Origin: Octopus vulgaris
Taxonomy: Eukaryota
Direction of reading: 5' to 3'
DNA length: 64,000 bases
Assembly (NCBI GenBank): GCA_951406725.2
Contig: OX597820.1
Coordinates: forward strand, 5,394,001-5,458,000
Part shown: positions 59,920 through 64,000 of the stretch, one piece after another
How the letters are laid out: every line of letters starts with the position of its first letter
Numbering within the stretch: position 1 is the stretch's first letter
Program-made: the position numbers and the translations under genes
Notes under the pieces: generated by a model
Seen by the model: the letters and a program-made list of their open reading frames with translations, nothing else
What the model was told of the DNA's origin: nothing
Database searches by the model: none

Positions 59920-60278
59920 CGGTCTTCGTCCCAGAGCTCTGTAGTGGGAGAAGTCCGAAACGTGGTCCTATGCTATTCGTAAGACCCGCAGAAAAGAAAG
60001 CAGGTCAACCCCCGACACCGAGAGCATCGACGGATGGATGAATGCGCATCCAGGCTCAGCGGTTGCATAGGAAGTCGGGGACAAGAAACAGGAAGAAAGA
60101 GTGAGAGAAAGTTGGAGCGAAAGCGTACAGCAGGGGTCACCACCAACCCCTGCCGGAACCTCGTGGAGATTTAGGTGTTTTCGCTCAATAAACACACATA
60201 ATGCCCGGTCTGGGAATCGAAACCGCGTTCCCCCAACCGCGAGTCCACTGCCCTAACCATTGGGCCATTGCACCTCCA
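59920..60278 (-). mobile_element. SINE family C head with an alternative 3' body
   Basis: 60085-60278 matches 20985-21180; 59920-60085 unrelated to 21180-21366. Confidence 0.8.
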
Positions 60279-60589
60279 GTTGCTGTTGCTGCTGTTCTCG
60301 TTTAACCCTGGGACAAGCCTGATTCACTAGACCAATAATATCATAACATTGTTGTTACAATCACAAGTACATGTTCTTTTCAGAAAACTTCACGCTGGGA
60401 TAACACTCTCAACTGTGTCCATCGCTAAGACTGTTTTCTATTGGTTTGAGGGAGAATTTTATGGACTACTGTTGTGACATAGCCTAATTAAGGGCCACCA
60501 ATTTCAGCTTCAGTTAAACACATGAATTCTCAGTATTGTATAGTTTTCATTTTCTTTCCAAATTCACATGTATATACAACGTTCGTAGA

Positions 60590-61716
60590 TACATACATAC
60601 ATACATACATACATACATACATACATACATACATACATACATACATAATACTTCCAAGCATACATACATGCATGCATACATACATACATACATACATACG
60701 TACATACATACATACATACATACATCCATCCATACATACATACATACATACATACATACATACATACATACATAATACTTCCAAGCATACATACATGCAT
60801 GCATACATACATACATACATGCATGCATACATACATGCATACATACATACATACATACATTCATACATCCATACATACATACATACATACATACATACAT
60901 ACATAATACTTCCAAGCATACATACATGCATGCATACATACATACATACATGCATGCATACATACATGCATACATACATTCATACATCCATACATACATA
61001 CATACATACATACATACATACATACATACATAATACTTACATGCATACATGCATGCATATAAAAATACATACAAAAATACCCTGCTGTTGACGTTGAAAT
61101 TTTAAAGAGTCTCGTCTAGGATAGAAACCAGCTCTTTCTCTATTAGGAAGAAATCTTGACATTAAACTGAACAATGACATACATACATGCATAAATACAT
61201 ACATACATACATACGCACATACATACATACATAATACATGCATGCATACATACATAATACATGCATGCATACATGCATACATACATACATGCATGCATGC
61301 ATACATACATACATACATACATACATACATACATACATACGTAATACTTACATGCATACATACATACATACATACATACATATACATACATACATACATA
61401 ATACTTACATGCATACATACATACATACATACATACACACATACATGCATGCATACATACATACATACATACATACGTACGTACATACATACATACATAC
61501 ATACATGCATACATACATACATACATACAACCATACATACATACATACATAATACTTACATGCATACATACATACATACATACATACATACATACATACA
61601 AACATACAAACATACATGCATGCATACATACATACATACATACCTGCATGCATACATACATACATAATACTTACATACATACATACGTACGTACTTGCGT
61701 ACATACATACATACAT
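60590..61716. repeat. (CATA)n array with higher-order units and embedded LINE 3' UTR (61070-61178, plus strand)
   Basis: CATAATACTTCCAAGCATAC recurs at ~126-131-bp spacing; embedded segment matches reverse complement of 15598-15705. Confidence 0.88.
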
Positions 61717-62065
61717 ATCTGTATGACATAATATTCTATTAAGGCTGATAAAATCTTCTTAAACTGTTTTTCGGAGTACCACGTGACGTTGAAACAATTG
61801 TGACAATGCACAACATATTATCAGAAATGTATGACGAACGGTCATGCAAAAATCTGAGTAACAGCTTGAGAAGGTGTTCTTTTTGCTTTAGTAAACCAAA
61901 GTATATTACTCTACCTTTGGTATCCGAGTACTATTATTTCCACCTTGTTTTGCACCTGCGTGTTTACTTGTGTGTGTGCGTGTGCGCGTATGCGTGAGTG
62001 CGCGTGTATGTATGTTTGCGTGTGTGTGTGTATGACAAGTTATGATAAACAAGTTTATATCGTTT

Positions 62066-62163
62066 TTCCCCCGATACCCTGCTCAGGATAAGCACCCTGT
62101 TGCATTAGGAGCGTCCGATGCAGAGTTTGACAATAACCACATTGGTGAAACGTACGTAGGGAA
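62066..62163 (+). ncRNA. Possible degenerate hammerhead with ~70-nt stem II insertion
   Basis: TTCCC-CCGATAC..[long structured insert]..GGT-GAAA-CGTACG-TA-GGGAA; stem I and palindromic stem III intact, core eroded. Confidence 0.5.
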
Positions 62164-62610
62164 CTGATAGTATAGACTTATAGTGTCTCTTGTATTTCCT
62201 TTATATATTGTAACTAATAATGCTAAGAAGTACAGTTGTTACCACACCACTTCACTGGACGAACACCGGATGATGTTATTCTACGTGGAGCCCTATATTT
62301 ACCAATAGCAGTCGTTCATCTAACTTTACACACAAGGTATATTACACGCACACATACGCATTCATACACACATACACAGATAAACAGACATGTATACTTA
62401 TATATATACACACACACACGCACAAACACACACACATACAAACACTCATGCACACATCCTATGCACAAACATGCATACATCATAAAAATCGCTTTGACTA
62501 GACACTTATGTTTCGCCTGACGGCTTCTTCAACCATACTGGTTAAATAAACAATAAGTATGTCTTATTCCCAAAATTGATTTAAAATAACATCAAATAGA
62601 AACGCACATA

Positions 62611-62672
<62 letters not shown>

Positions 62673-62674
62673 CA

Positions 62675-64000
<1,326 letters not shown>

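Noticed and set aside
59960-60030. HDV-like ribozyme on minus strand (GACCTGC/GCGGGTC 7-bp helix)
   Set aside because: Only 10 nt between the strands, too short for P2/P3/L3; a simple hairpin

Overview
Eukaryotic, AT-rich, microsatellite-saturated DNA with no host protein-coding exon that I can support. Nearly all ORFs in the supplied track are translations of simple repeats. The mix of tRNA-derived SINE families, (TA)n/(TATG)n/(AAT)n tracts and transposon types suggests a cephalopod (Octopus-like) intron or intergenic region; this is inference. Recognisable content: two copies of an R4/Dong-like RLE non-LTR retrotransposon sitting in (AAT)n, a second RLE family tied to (CATA)n, CR1-like and RTE-like LINE remnants, two mariner relics and one maT/Tc1-like relic, hAT- and pogo-type MITEs, non-autonomous Helitron-like elements and about 25 SINE copies or fragments. 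The ORF track misses two Penelope-like GIY-YIG endonuclease remnants (28.5 kb and 43.3-43.8 kb). It also cannot show a population of about 13 type-I hammerhead ribozyme motifs (plus two partial ones) from several families. These have palindromic stem III, several have non-canonical cores or large stem-II insertions, and many lie in fold-back elements inserted in (TA)n. Other notable items: long target-site-like duplications, SINE self-tandemisation via GGTATTT, a 5-copy SINE-tail minisatellite and a ~76-bp periodic ETS/YY1-like motif array. Ribozyme folds were done by eye and are untested.
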